From: Candidatus Pacebacteria bacterium CG2_30_36_39
Lineage (GTDB): Bacteria > Patescibacteriota > Microgenomatia > UBA1400 > PJMF01
Assembly (NCBI GenBank): GCA_001873435.1
Contig: MNZB01000002.1
Span: 65,620-129,619, forward strand
Direction of reading: 5' to 3'
DNA length: 64,000 nucleotides
Shown: one piece after another, positions 48,678 to 58,198 of the stretch
Position numbering within the stretch: the stretch's first letter is position 1
Layout: every line of letters begins with the position of its first letter
Program-made: the position numbers and the translations under genes
Notes under the pieces: model-generated
What the model saw: only the letters and a program-made list of their open reading frames with translations
Told to the model about the DNA's origin: nothing
Database searches by the model: none

Positions 48678-51275
48678 TCACGGCAACAAAGAATTGACCT
48701 TATTAGATCTCCTTACGATCTCCTTTTTAACTGATACTTTCTCACTCTCTACAAACTTTCGGGCATACAATCTACGAGAGGACTCAACTACTGTATCTGC
48801 CACTTTCTGATTAGACTCCAATTCTACTGGCACCGTTATCCCAGAGAATGGCGCCTCTGGATTAATTGCTCCTAATCTCATGTAAAAGCGATAAGAGGGT
48901 AAACTAGCAATCTCACCTGGCTCAATATATGGCCGGAATTGAGGCAAGATGACTCGCTCGTCCTCAGGGTTGGCTGTTCGAAAGCAAATCACTGTCCCAG
49001 TATTAGCCAAAGTAATATTAACCAGTGAGCCATCTTCTAGTTGAGAGGTGGTTTGATGAGCCAAAATTGCATTTAGTTTGTATTTTCTAGCCTCAGATAA
49101 AATTTGCGCAAAAGCAGGAGTCGCAAAGTTCTGAAACTCATCCACATATAAGTAGAAGTCACGGCGCTCGTCTTGGGTCATCCGAGCCCGTTTGAGGGCT
49201 GCTAACTGAATCTTGGCCATGATCAATACTCCAAAGACACTCGAGTTATCCTCACCAATCTTACCTTTTGAAAGATTGCATAGCAGAATTTTGTCATCAT
49301 TCAAGATCGAGTCAAAGTTAACAGTGGACTTGCTCTGCTCTAGGATTCTCTTAGCAGTGGGAGAAAATAAAAACCTTCCAATCTTGTTAGTAATCGGCGA
49401 GATCATCTTCACTTTTTGATAGTCTCCCGCCTTGGCAAACTCATACTTCCAGAAGTCCAAAAGATTCTCATCCGTCAGCCCTTTCACTACTGACTTACGA
49501 TACTTTGTGTTGATCAGGAGCTTGTAGACGGTAAAGAGGGTTGCACCAGGGACGGTAAAAGCGGTATGGATAGTGTTTCTTAAGATATATTCCATCCTGG
49601 GGCCAGAGTATTTGTCGGTATAGATCTTGTGGAATACCGAGATAATACTCTCAGCAACAAACTCTTTTTCTCGGATGGCTTCCTCAGCTGATAAGTTAGG
49701 AGTTAACTCAAGTAAGTTAATACCTATCGGATAGCCAATGTCATCAGGATTAAAGTAAACCACATCTTTGATTCTCTTCTTAGGAATAACTGTCAAAATC
49801 TGCTCAATCAAGTCTCCATGAGGATCAACGATTGCTAGACCTTTGTTGTGATCAATATCTTGTTTAATCATCGATAGGAGCATGGTTGACTTACCAGTTC
49901 CGGTTGCCCCCAGCACATAAACATGGCGTCTGCGCTCATCCAGACTCAAGCCAATCTCAGTTTTTACCCCGCCATAAGTATTTCTGCCAAAGTAGAGATC
50001 ACACACAGCTTTTTGTTTGAGCGAGAGTGGTGCCGGAAGTTCTTTGCTGTGAGACTTCACAAGATCCTCAGTCTTGGCAGTGCTGGTAAATGGGAAATGA
50101 TAGATATCACCAATCTCTGAAGCAGAGAGAATTGACTTGTTAAGCAGTCGGGGCAAGCGGTTAGTGAATAAGTGTCTTTTGAAACGACTAATTAACTTTA
50201 GTTTCCAAGCTAGAGACTTGACTAACATTTGATAGCTTGAGTTATTGAATGAAGACAAGGTAGAGACAAATCCTTTTTCATGATTTCCTAGGCTGCCTTT
50301 ATTGCTACTCACCACCAACAGTCGTAGTGAGGTGCTAAATAGTTGTTGATCTAGTTTGTGCTTTACCAACCCTTCCATTTCTTCCTGATAGGGGTTATTA
50401 GTTTTTTGTTGTTGATCTTTGGCGTGGATTGACAGGAGTGGCCCTTCTTTGCCGTCGGTTAATAAGAACACTAGTAAGCCAATCGGGAACAGGAGAATTT
50501 GTAGAGCTACATATAGTAGTTGCTGAAAGATGGCGAGGTAGGGGTGCTCTTGCAAGCGATCATTGATGTTAACCACCAAGTCATTACCAGAATATATCAA
50601 TTTGGAGATTCTCTTAATATCCGCCACCATACTTTTGTTTATTGGTGCCACAATGATTTGAAAGGCAATCAACTCATTCTCTTTGAGCTTTGTCATGCTC
50701 CCAGTCATGTAAGCAATTGGGTCGTGCTTATCTAGTGACTCTTGCTTCTTAAGAGGTAGGGCAAAGTGATTGGAGAGCTTGAATTCAGTGATTTTGTGAG
50801 GCTTTGTCTCTAGGTCTTGTGGTAAGTAATCAGCAACTTTTTTGATAGCAATCCCAGGTAAATAAGAAAAAAGGCTTTTCTCTACCAGTTCTACATCATT
50901 TTTATCAACTCTAATCAGGTATCTAATCCCAGCTTCCTTAGTAGAGACTATTTCAAAAGCATAGTTCTTGGAGATATTAAAGAATCGCTCCAATCTCGAG
51001 GCTTGTCTTGCTAGCCCATGAAGCATGTTAAAGAGTTGTTCAGTGGTAAAGGGGTTTTGCTCGGTAATCCTCAGGGGTTTGGCCTCAATTATAATTTGTG
51101 GTCTGTTTTGGAGCTTGTGGGTCAGTAAATATCTAGTCAAATGATACGCGAGAAACAAAAGAGCCCAAACAGCGATTAGTGCAATTGAAGAGTTTAACCA
51201 AAAAGAAAGATCAATATCAGATAAATATCGAGCAGGAGTTTGAAGTTTTAAGAATATCTCACTAAGTGTATACAT
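48678..51275 (-). CDS. type IV coupling protein (VirD4/TraG/TraD family)
   Basis: 865 aa. N-terminal TM helices. Walker A VLGATGTGKST, Walker B YLYVDEFQNFA. Confidence 0.85.
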   Translation of the reverse strand: MYTLSEIFLKLQTPARYLSDIDLSFWLNSSIALIAVWALLFLAYHLTRYLLTHKLQNRPQIIIEAKPLRITEQNPFTTEQLFNMLHGLARQASRLERFFNISKNYAFEIVSTKEAGIRYLIRVDKNDVELVEKSLFSYLPGIAIKKVADYLPQDLETKPHKITEFKLSNHFALPLKKQESLDKHDPIAYMTGSMTKLKENELIAFQIIVAPINKSMVADIKRISKLIYSGNDLVVNINDRLQEHPYLAIFQQLLYVALQILLFPIGLLVFLLTDGKEGPLLSIHAKDQQQKTNNPYQEEMEGLVKHKLDQQLFSTSLRLLVVSSNKGSLGNHEKGFVSTLSSFNNSSYQMLVKSLAWKLKLISRFKRHLFTNRLPRLLNKSILSASEIGDIYHFPFTSTAKTEDLVKSHSKELPAPLSLKQKAVCDLYFGRNTYGGVKTEIGLSLDERRRHVYVLGATGTGKSTMLLSMIKQDIDHNKGLAIVDPHGDLIEQILTVIPKKRIKDVVYFNPDDIGYPIGINLLELTPNLSAEEAIREKEFVAESIISVFHKIYTDKYSGPRMEYILRNTIHTAFTVPGATLFTVYKLLINTKYRKSVVKGLTDENLLDFWKYEFAKAGDYQKVKMISPITNKIGRFLFSPTAKRILEQSKSTVNFDSILNDDKILLCNLSKGKIGEDNSSVFGVLIMAKIQLAALKRARMTQDERRDFYLYVDEFQNFATPAFAQILSEARKYKLNAILAHQTTSQLEDGSLVNITLANTGTVICFRTANPEDERVILPQFRPYIEPGEIASLPSYRFYMRLGAINPEAPFSGITVPVELESNQKVADTVVESSRRLYARKFVESEKVSVKKEIVRRSNKVNSLLP

Positions 51276-51367
51276 AACCTACCTTTAGTTGGGCAGGTGT
51301 TTGACAGAAGTATATCTTAGAGAGTTAATAAACGCCAGTACTTGACTAAAATTAGTCTAAAAAAGAC

Positions 51368-51397
51368 TTGACAACTATCCGTATTAGTATATATACT
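51368..51397 (+). promoter_or_regulatory. sigma70-like promoter candidate upstream of the recombinase operon
   Basis: TTGACA at 51368 and TATACT at 51392 with 18-nt spacing. Confidence 0.3.
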
Positions 51398-51432
51398 AAC
51401 CATATAGGGATAGTTACAAACAAGCTTTGAAT

Positions 51433-51606
51433 ATGAGTAAAGATAGCCTAAAACCAGAAGTAGATCAGAAGTTCCCAGTGCAAGATCTCCAAGATGCAAA
51501 AGTAGAAATCAAGTATCTAGCTCGCACTTGGTTAGATGACTTTGAGAAGCAAGTATTTCACGGCAAAACAGTAGAGGAGTTACTAGGTAGGGGTAACTAT
51601 GACTAG
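51433..51606 (+). CDS. 57-aa acidic small ORF overlapping the recombinase start (ATGACTAG); candidate recombination directionality factor
   Basis: ATG..TAG frame read manually. Below the ORF-track cutoff. Confidence 0.25.
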   Translation: MSKDSLKPEVDQKFPVQDLQDAKVEIKYLARTWLDDFEKQVFHGKTVEELLGRGNYD

Positions 51607-53158
51607 GGATGAGAAAAATACCAAAACTGATGCGATCCTATATCTCAGAGTCTCCACTGAGGAGCAAGTAGATAACTTCTCCCTTGGTACCCAAGAAGAA
51701 ATCTGTCGCAAAGAAGCGACTCGCATGGGCATGAAAATCGTCAAAATCTTTCGGGAAGAGGGCAAATCAGCCAAAACCATTGTCGGTAGACCTCAACTAG
51801 TTGAGCTCCTCAAGTATTGTAGGCAAAACAAAAAGACTCTAGGGGCAGTGTTTGTTTATCGCCTAGATAGACTCTCCAGAAAGACTGCTGACTACCTTAG
51901 CATTAGAAAAAGTCTGATTAACTATCAGATTCAGCTTATCTCAGCGTCAGAGCCTACAGGCACCTCACCAACAGACACACTTCTTGAGACTATTCTTGCT
52001 AGCTTTGCCCAGCACGACAACGACGTAAGGAGTGAGCGCACCAGAAACGGAATGCACGCTAGATTTATGTCGGGCCTTATTACTCGTAAGCCTCCTCTGG
52101 GTTACTTGATGAATCCTCAAAAGATCCCAGTCAAAGATCCTGAAACCTGGGATTTGGTCAAACAAGCTTGGGACTTAATGGCTACCGGCACCAAGAGCTT
52201 GCGAGAAATGGCAATAATCATGAATAAACTAGGTCTACGTACCAAGTCACACGGCAAACCATATGAACTAAGAACCCAGACTGCTCACCGCATCTTCAAA
52301 AACAAATTCTATGCTGGCATCCTTACCTCAGATACCTACAAAGAAGAGGTGAAGGGTCAACACACGCCCATGATTACTCTTGAGCAGTATTATCGAGTGC
52401 AAAACATCCTAGAAGGTAGATGTGTTAATAAAAAAGCTCTCAACATTAAAAAAACTCGACTCAATCAAAAGTTCCCTCTCAGAAGAATTATTAAATGTGC
52501 TGAGTGTGGGACTGGACTCACTGCTGGCTGGAGTAAGGGTAGAACCAAGAGATATCCTTACTATAGATGTGCTAATGGCTGTAAACAGACCTCGGTTAGA
52601 GCCGAAGTATTAGATGAGACAGTAGTAGAGCTACTTCGCTCAATTACACCCAAGAAAGAATGCCTAGAGCTCTTTACTCAGTATGTAGTCGAAGAATACG
52701 AGTCTAGACTCGAGAACATTAAGAAAGCCAAAAACGTTGCTGACGGCGAGATCCAGAGGCTCAAAGACATGCGAAAAATACTGGTCGAAAAGAACATGAT
52801 GGGCATCTATACCGATGAAATCTTTATGGAACAAAACGCCCTTATCGAGAAGAAAATGACTGTCGTCGAAGTAGCCAAATCCGACTCCACTCTAGAGAAA
52901 TATGACATCCACAAACTGTCTGATTTTATCAAGGCAACTCTTAGTGATCTGGGGAGTACTTATAAGCGGTCAACTGTTTCCCAGGCTAAAGCATTAATTG
53001 GTTCAATCTTCCCTTTGGGAATCAGTTACAACATTGACGGTACATTGAACCATGAAATTAACCCAATGTATCAAGCTATTCTCAACTATGATACTCAGGG
53101 CATCTCGTATGGTGACCCCATGGGGAATCGAACCCCAGTTACCAGGATGAGAACCTAG
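51599..53158 (+). CDS. large serine recombinase (integrase)
   Basis: Resolvase-type N-terminus AILYLRVSTEEQ with catalytic Ser, VYRLDRLSR, recombinase domain, and Cys-rich zinc ribbon (CAECGTGL...YYRCANGC). 519 aa. Its last ~49 nt overlap the tRNA-Glu gene. Confidence 0.85.
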   Translation: MTRDEKNTKTDAILYLRVSTEEQVDNFSLGTQEEICRKEATRMGMKIVKIFREEGKSAKTIVGRPQLVELLKYCRQNKKTLGAVFVYRLDRLSRKTADYLSIRKSLINYQIQLISASEPTGTSPTDTLLETILASFAQHDNDVRSERTRNGMHARFMSGLITRKPPLGYLMNPQKIPVKDPETWDLVKQAWDLMATGTKSLREMAIIMNKLGLRTKSHGKPYELRTQTAHRIFKNKFYAGILTSDTYKEEVKGQHTPMITLEQYYRVQNILEGRCVNKKALNIKKTRLNQKFPLRRIIKCAECGTGLTAGWSKGRTKRYPYYRCANGCKQTSVRAEVLDETVVELLRSITPKKECLELFTQYVVEEYESRLENIKKAKNVADGEIQRLKDMRKILVEKNMMGIYTDEIFMEQNALIEKKMTVVEVAKSDSTLEKYDIHKLSDFIKATLSDLGSTYKRSTVSQAKALIGSIFPLGISYNIDGTLNHEINPMYQAILNYDTQGISYGDPMGNRTPVTRMRT

Positions 53159-53185
53159 TGTCCTAAACCACTAGACGATGGGGCC
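53110..53185 (-). tRNA. tRNA-Glu (anticodon CUC), CCA encoded
   Basis: Manual cloverleaf: acceptor GGCCCCA/TGGGGTC, D-arm GTCT-AGTGGTTTA-GGAC, anticodon arm CTAGG-TTCTCAT-CCTGG, T-arm TGGGG-TTCGATT-CCCCA, ACCA. The D-arm TCGTCTAGTGG...GGACA is typical of tRNA-Glu. Confidence 0.85.
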
Positions 53186-53265
53186 AGTGGTATAACGAAC
53201 CGTTATTATACGATTTATATGGTTTTAAGACAATTACTGTCATAGACATTTGTCATGATGAATTA

Positions 53266-54162
53266 ATGGCAAAAACAATCCTCTTTTTTATTATCTTCTT
53301 TTTCTCATTCACAGAAACAATTGCTCAGGAATTCACTCCAACAACAAACTTATTCAACTCAAACCTAGATGGAATATGGGAAATACCTGCTTTAGAAAAC
53401 ATACTAATTGAAAAAGATTTTAATGAAAAAAATTGGCAAGAAATAACAACAACCAAAGAAACATTTGGCTCCATTAAACTAAACAACAACACCTATCAAC
53501 TTAATGAAACCATCACCGACTATTTAACCAAAAACAAAATAAAAATAAAATATCTGGCACCAGAAAACAAATACCTCAAACTACAATTTAAATATCGTTG
53601 TCAAACATCAGAACAAGACAACAACTTCGACTCGCCATTCCTACTATTATTCCTTAAAACTAAACTAGTCATTAGAAAAGACCAATTAGACATTTGCTCT
53701 AAAGACACCAACCAGTGGGGAGAATGGCAAAACATAGAACACACATACCTCAATAATGCTAATGAAATATTCATCTTCGCTGGAGACTTTGGTGATCTAG
53801 AACTTCCAACGAAAATAGAAATAAAAGAAATCAAATTATTCATCTATCAAGAAGAAATACCTCAATCAACACCAACCATACATATAACTCCAATACCAAA
53901 AATTTCTAAAACCAACCCCCAGCCAACAACTCAAAAAAACCAAGTTCAACCAACTCCCAAATACCATAGCTCAAACACACAGCCCCAAAATGGAGAAATA
54001 TTGGGAGATATCATGGACAAAAACATAGCACCAGAAAAAAGAAATTTCTTTTGGGAAAAAATCCTACTAATATCAATTATTGCCATGACATTCATTTTCT
54101 CTTTCACCTCAATCTTTGTTTTACTCCTAATCATTCTAAAAAACAGAAAAAAACCCTATTAA
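53266..54162 (+). CDS. hypothetical secreted protein with C-terminal membrane anchor
   Basis: 298 aa. Signal peptide. Pro/Gln-rich linker. C-terminal TM helix followed by NRKKPY. Confidence 0.45.
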   Translation: MAKTILFFIIFFFSFTETIAQEFTPTTNLFNSNLDGIWEIPALENILIEKDFNEKNWQEITTTKETFGSIKLNNNTYQLNETITDYLTKNKIKIKYLAPENKYLKLQFKYRCQTSEQDNNFDSPFLLLFLKTKLVIRKDQLDICSKDTNQWGEWQNIEHTYLNNANEIFIFAGDFGDLELPTKIEIKEIKLFIYQEEIPQSTPTIHITPIPKISKTNPQPTTQKNQVQPTPKYHSSNTQPQNGEILGDIMDKNIAPEKRNFFWEKILLISIIAMTFIFSFTSIFVLLLIILKNRKKPY

Positions 54163-54212
54163 AAACATCTCTTTTAGCAAAAAACTCCTTTCTCTTGTAG
54201 GAATAGAGTATT

Positions 54213-55214
54213 TTGTTGCATAATGGAACTATACGTATGTCACGAAACAAACAGCGACGTCGAGCAACAGGCGGTATTAGAGGAACCCTAATGCATCTCT
54301 TCCATCCTTCATATCACAATGAACATAAGCCAAAACTACTTCATCCTGAATCACTACTATATTTCTCTCTCATAGTCTTAGCCTCATTTTCATTACTCAA
54401 AGCAATCCGTTTTTTTCCAGGAATAGAACATAGCATCTTAGGCTATGCCTCAAACATCACCCCAGAAGATGTAATCATCCAGACAAACAAAGAAAGAACA
54501 ACCAACGGCATGGGAGGATTAATCCTTAACGAAGAACTCTCTCAAGCAGCCCTAGCCAAGGGCCAAGACATGTTTGCCGACCAATATTGGTCACACACAG
54601 CTCCAGACGGAACAGAACCATGGTATTTCATTGAAAAATCAGGCTACAGCTACAAAGTAGCTGGAGAAAACCTAGCCCGCGACTTCATGAACACCTCAGA
54701 CATGATGCAAGCATGGCTAGCATCTCCAACTCACCGAGCCAACCTCCTCAACCCCCGCTTTCAAGAAATCGGCATTGCAGTTATCGACGGTAGACTAAAC
54801 GGCTTTGAAACCACCTTAGTAGTCCAAATGTTTGGTACACCAGAAAAAACGGCAAACATTGCAACCAAACCAACAGAAAAGAAAACACCACAACTACTAA
54901 CCGACGCAGCAGAAACAAATACCACCCAAGAAAAAACAGGCACAGAAGCAGTCCTAGCAGACTCAACCATGCTAGTCGGCCAAGCAGTATCCCCAATGGA
55001 ATTTAGAGATGCAGTCCTACTAACGCCGTTGCAACTAACCAAAGCCTTTTTCCTAGCAGTAATCCTCTTAGTAGTCATGACCCTAACCTATGACACCTTT
55101 ATTGCGAGTAACACTAAAACAGCCCATTTAATTGGCAAAAACATCGGCCATCTAATGATCTTCAGCGCCGTAGCCTTTATGCTAATTTTCTTTAAGGGAG
55201 GAATGGTAAATTAA
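54213..55214 (+). CDS. CAP/SCP (YkwD-like) domain protein with membrane anchors
   Basis: GENLARDF...WLASPTHRANLLNPRFQEIGIAV matches the CAP domain signature. Confidence 0.7.
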   Translation: MLHNGTIRMSRNKQRRRATGGIRGTLMHLFHPSYHNEHKPKLLHPESLLYFSLIVLASFSLLKAIRFFPGIEHSILGYASNITPEDVIIQTNKERTTNGMGGLILNEELSQAALAKGQDMFADQYWSHTAPDGTEPWYFIEKSGYSYKVAGENLARDFMNTSDMMQAWLASPTHRANLLNPRFQEIGIAVIDGRLNGFETTLVVQMFGTPEKTANIATKPTEKKTPQLLTDAAETNTTQEKTGTEAVLADSTMLVGQAVSPMEFRDAVLLTPLQLTKAFFLAVILLVVMTLTYDTFIASNTKTAHLIGKNIGHLMIFSAVAFMLIFFKGGMVN

Positions 55215-55215
55215 T

Positions 55216-55473
55216 ATGGTTGCAGAAATCTTAAAACACAAACTAGCCTACGCCTTTCTACTAATTGCGCTCATAACCTTTACCTTTGGCTTCTTTGCTG
55301 TTTGGCCCAACAGACAACTACAAAGAATCTTAGTAATAGGCTTAGCAATTTTCTATTTTACCTGGGGACTAGTAACTCACGTCAAAAGCAGAAAACTAAC
55401 AAAACTAGTAGTACTAGAATATTTAACTACCTCACTTTTAGCAGGAATCTTGCTATTATTAGTAACGCTCTAA
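55216..55473 (+). CDS. small 3-TM membrane protein
   Basis: 85 aa, hydrophobic. Confidence 0.35.
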   Translation: MVAEILKHKLAYAFLLIALITFTFGFFAVWPNRQLQRILVIGLAIFYFTWGLVTHVKSRKLTKLVVLEYLTTSLLAGILLLLVTL

Positions 55474-55475
55474 AC

Positions 55476-56309
55476 ATGAAAAAATTAAAATATTTCTTCC
55501 TATCCACTCTAATTACTGGCGTTTTGCTAATACCATCTATGGCCTTAGCCCAGCAACTACCAGAACCAGTCAAAAACGAAGAAGTTGTAGCCAGACAAGG
55601 ACTAGAAAAAGAAATCGCTAAACTCAAAGAAATATATCGAGGACAACTAGCTGAATATCGTGATGCTGACAAACAATTTAACATCGCCAAAGACCAATAC
55701 AATGAACTAGAAACCTTGGCCTCAATCAATGACGTTGTCAAAGCCGCAAGAGACGTTTTAATGCTTCGCGACCTAGTAATGATCACTCACTTCGAACTAC
55801 TAAGAAACAACATTGTAGCTGCAGACGGCATTGAACTATCACTAAAACAAAAAGTAATAGAAAGAATGCAAGACAGAGTAAAGTGGCTAGAAGAACACCG
55901 TGGCAAGCTAGAAAAAGCTCAAGACAGACCACAATTTAATGTTTTATCTGATGAATTTACTGATAAAGAAGATGATTTTATGGAAATCTCAAATCAAGCA
56001 ACTACAATCTTGGCTGTTGGCTCAATGCAAGACGTTTATGACAGACTAGTCTTAGTCCGTAAAGACATCTTAGCCTTAGAAGCCAAATCAAGCACTGCTG
56101 ATCGCTCTAGAGCATCTATAGAGACCGACCGCATGATCTCTGCTGTCAAGGGAACATTGGATAGTAATTGGGTAGAGCTAGGAGAAGAAGTCCTGGATGG
56201 CAATGTCACCAGTTATTCTAGTAACTTAGTTAAAACTCTAAGCCCCATTTACACTGGACTAAATAAGACAGTGTCATTCTTAAGAGAACTATTGAGAGAA
56301 ATAAAATGA
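55476..56309 (+). CDS. secreted coiled-coil protein (ORF track start 55302 is probably an upstream extension)
   Basis: Met at 55476 begins a signal peptide MKKLKYFFLSTLITGVLLIPSMALAQQ. The earlier ORF portion overlaps the 85-aa membrane ORF in another frame. Confidence 0.5.
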   Translation: MKKLKYFFLSTLITGVLLIPSMALAQQLPEPVKNEEVVARQGLEKEIAKLKEIYRGQLAEYRDADKQFNIAKDQYNELETLASINDVVKAARDVLMLRDLVMITHFELLRNNIVAADGIELSLKQKVIERMQDRVKWLEEHRGKLEKAQDRPQFNVLSDEFTDKEDDFMEISNQATTILAVGSMQDVYDRLVLVRKDILALEAKSSTADRSRASIETDRMISAVKGTLDSNWVELGEEVLDGNVTSYSSNLVKTLSPIYTGLNKTVSFLRELLREIK

Positions 56310-56677
56310 TAGAAGAAAATTACAATCCAAACCAAACACAGTTTGCTGGTGAACAACCCATCTTTGAAACACCACCAATTGAACCATTAGATCCTATTGC
56401 TCCACCCAAAAAAAAGATTCCTCCTCTTTATTTTATTATTAGTGGAGCCTTAATTATTTTAATTGCAGTCTTAACCTATGCTGCAATCAACCGCAAACCA
56501 GTAGTAGAAGAAGTTCCAGAGGTTACACCAACCCCAACTATAGCTTCAGAACTAAGCCCCATTGAACAGAAACTAAATACTGCTGTAGACCTTTTAAAAC
56601 AAGCTAATCCAGAAACAGAAAAATATCCTTTTCCACCAATAGACATGGAACTAAGGATAGATGAAACTAAATTTTAG
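56306..56677 (+). CDS. hypothetical single-TM protein
   Basis: 123 aa. Confidence 0.4.
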   Translation: MIEENYNPNQTQFAGEQPIFETPPIEPLDPIAPPKKKIPPLYFIISGALIILIAVLTYAAINRKPVVEEVPEVTPTPTIASELSPIEQKLNTAVDLLKQANPETEKYPFPPIDMELRIDETKF

Positions 56678-57566
56678 ACTTTGTCTCTCCACTTAAAAAA
56701 TCTGGAAACTTCCAACTCAAAAGAATAAAACCAGAAATTGCCCAGAAACCAAGCTCTCTGATGGCAATTGGATTATTTTGATAAACTTGTTGCATCACCA
56801 ACTCTAAAATATTTAAGGTTACAAGCACTGCTAAACTAAGCCTCCAACCTTGTTTCCAAGTTTTAAGCAAGCCAGCCATCTTAGCAAACAACCAAAGAAT
56901 AGTGCCATAAAAAAGACTAAAAAACAGTTCCATTAAAATGGTAATCAAACCAAAGAAAATTGGTAACAAATATTTAATACGATTTTGCCAAACAACCAGA
57001 TTTTCATTAAAAACTTTTTGTAAATAAGGCAAATCACTTGCTTGAACATCAAATTCCTCTTGAGGAAGAACAGAATTCAACTGTTTAGTTAAAGACTTGT
57101 TTTCTTCATCCAAAACTGAATACTGACTTTTTTCAATAACCACCAAAGTCTCTTCATCATTCAATAATTCATTTCTTAATTCTGGATTCAATTCCGATGA
57201 TCGATAACGAATATTCAATGGCTTTACAAATTCATTAGTTAGAAAACTTAATTTAGTTATATCAACATCTAAATCTTGATATTTGCCAGTAGGGAAAAGA
57301 GTCAATTCCTTCGTATCCCAAGCAACAACTAGGTCTTCAGGATATTGAGCTACTACCTCTTCAGTGGCTTGACTGATAGAAGAAACTAATTTGGGCAATT
57401 GAAAATATGAAAAAAGACCACCCCTAATAAGACCAATAATAAAAAGACTGATAGCAAAAAAACGAAAAACATGTTTGGTAGGCAAAATCACCCAACGCAT
57501 ATAACTCTGAGGATTAGTAAAACCCAAAACAATAGTTACAAAATATTTTTTAAACTGATTTTTCAT
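56667..57566 (-). CDS. hypothetical polytopic membrane protein
   Basis: 299 aa. Confidence 0.45.
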   Translation of the reverse strand: MKNQFKKYFVTIVLGFTNPQSYMRWVILPTKHVFRFFAISLFIIGLIRGGLFSYFQLPKLVSSISQATEEVVAQYPEDLVVAWDTKELTLFPTGKYQDLDVDITKLSFLTNEFVKPLNIRYRSSELNPELRNELLNDEETLVVIEKSQYSVLDEENKSLTKQLNSVLPQEEFDVQASDLPYLQKVFNENLVVWQNRIKYLLPIFFGLITILMELFFSLFYGTILWLFAKMAGLLKTWKQGWRLSLAVLVTLNILELVMQQVYQNNPIAIRELGFWAISGFILLSWKFPDFLSGETKSKI

Positions 57567-57640
57567 GTGTACTAGTATACCAGGCTCATAAACTCAAGTT
57601 CCCTCCACATCTTATTATCTTTGCGGTAAAATGAAGGGAT

Positions 57641-58192
57641 ATGATCCAAAAAAAAGATTATGTTCAACAATTTACTCAAGCAATAAATCACACCGAAAAA
57701 GAAGTTTCTACTCTTAGAACCGGTAGGGCATCTGTACAAATGCTTGACGATGTAATGGTAGAAGCCTATGGCTCAATGATGCATCTTAACGAAGTGGGTA
57801 ACATTAGTGCTCCAGATCCAACCTTATTAGTTATTTCTCCCTGGGATAAAAGCTTGGTTGGTCCAATTGAGAAGGGTGTTTTAGCAGCCAATCTCAATTT
57901 AGCTGCTATCGTAGATGGCGCCACTGTTAAAGTTCCAGTTCCTCCACTAACTCAAGAACGACGTCAAGAAATGGTAAAAATATTACATCAAAAAGCAGAA
58001 AGTGGTAAAGTCATGCTTCGTTCAGTGCGATCTGATGTAAAAGATATGATTGAGAGCCAAGAAGGCGAAGCTGGAGTAAGTGAAGATGACACCAAACTTT
58101 CTCTTAAAGAATTAGAAGAAGTCACCAAAGAATATATTGAGAAGATAGATCTTTTAGTTAAAAACAAGGAAAAAGAACTACTTTCTTTGTAA
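57641..58192 (+). CDS. frr: ribosome recycling factor
   Basis: 183 aa. RRF-like pattern (LRTGRAS..., VRSVRSDVKDMIE). Confidence 0.88.
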   Translation: MIQKKDYVQQFTQAINHTEKEVSTLRTGRASVQMLDDVMVEAYGSMMHLNEVGNISAPDPTLLVISPWDKSLVGPIEKGVLAANLNLAAIVDGATVKVPVPPLTQERRQEMVKILHQKAESGKVMLRSVRSDVKDMIESQEGEAGVSEDDTKLSLKELEEVTKEYIEKIDLLVKNKEKELLSL

Positions 58193-58198
58193 TTCAAA

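Larger units (their letters stand above)
25000..53185. mobile_element. putative integrative conjugative element (serine-recombinase type) abutting tRNA-Glu; left boundary approximate
   Basis: Contiguous block of integrase, T4CP, Replic_Relax, DUF2958, VirB4/VirB6/pilin/M23, defence-type cargo (TIR module, PLD nuclease, DGR), next to a tRNA. Composition becomes markedly AT-rich from ~25 kb. No flanking direct repeat identified. Confidence 0.45.

Noticed and set aside
55302-55475. N-terminal 58 codons of ORF 55302..56309
   Set aside because: Overlaps a plausible 85-aa membrane ORF in another frame. A Met at 55476 starts a clean signal peptide, so the upstream part is treated as an ORF-caller extension.
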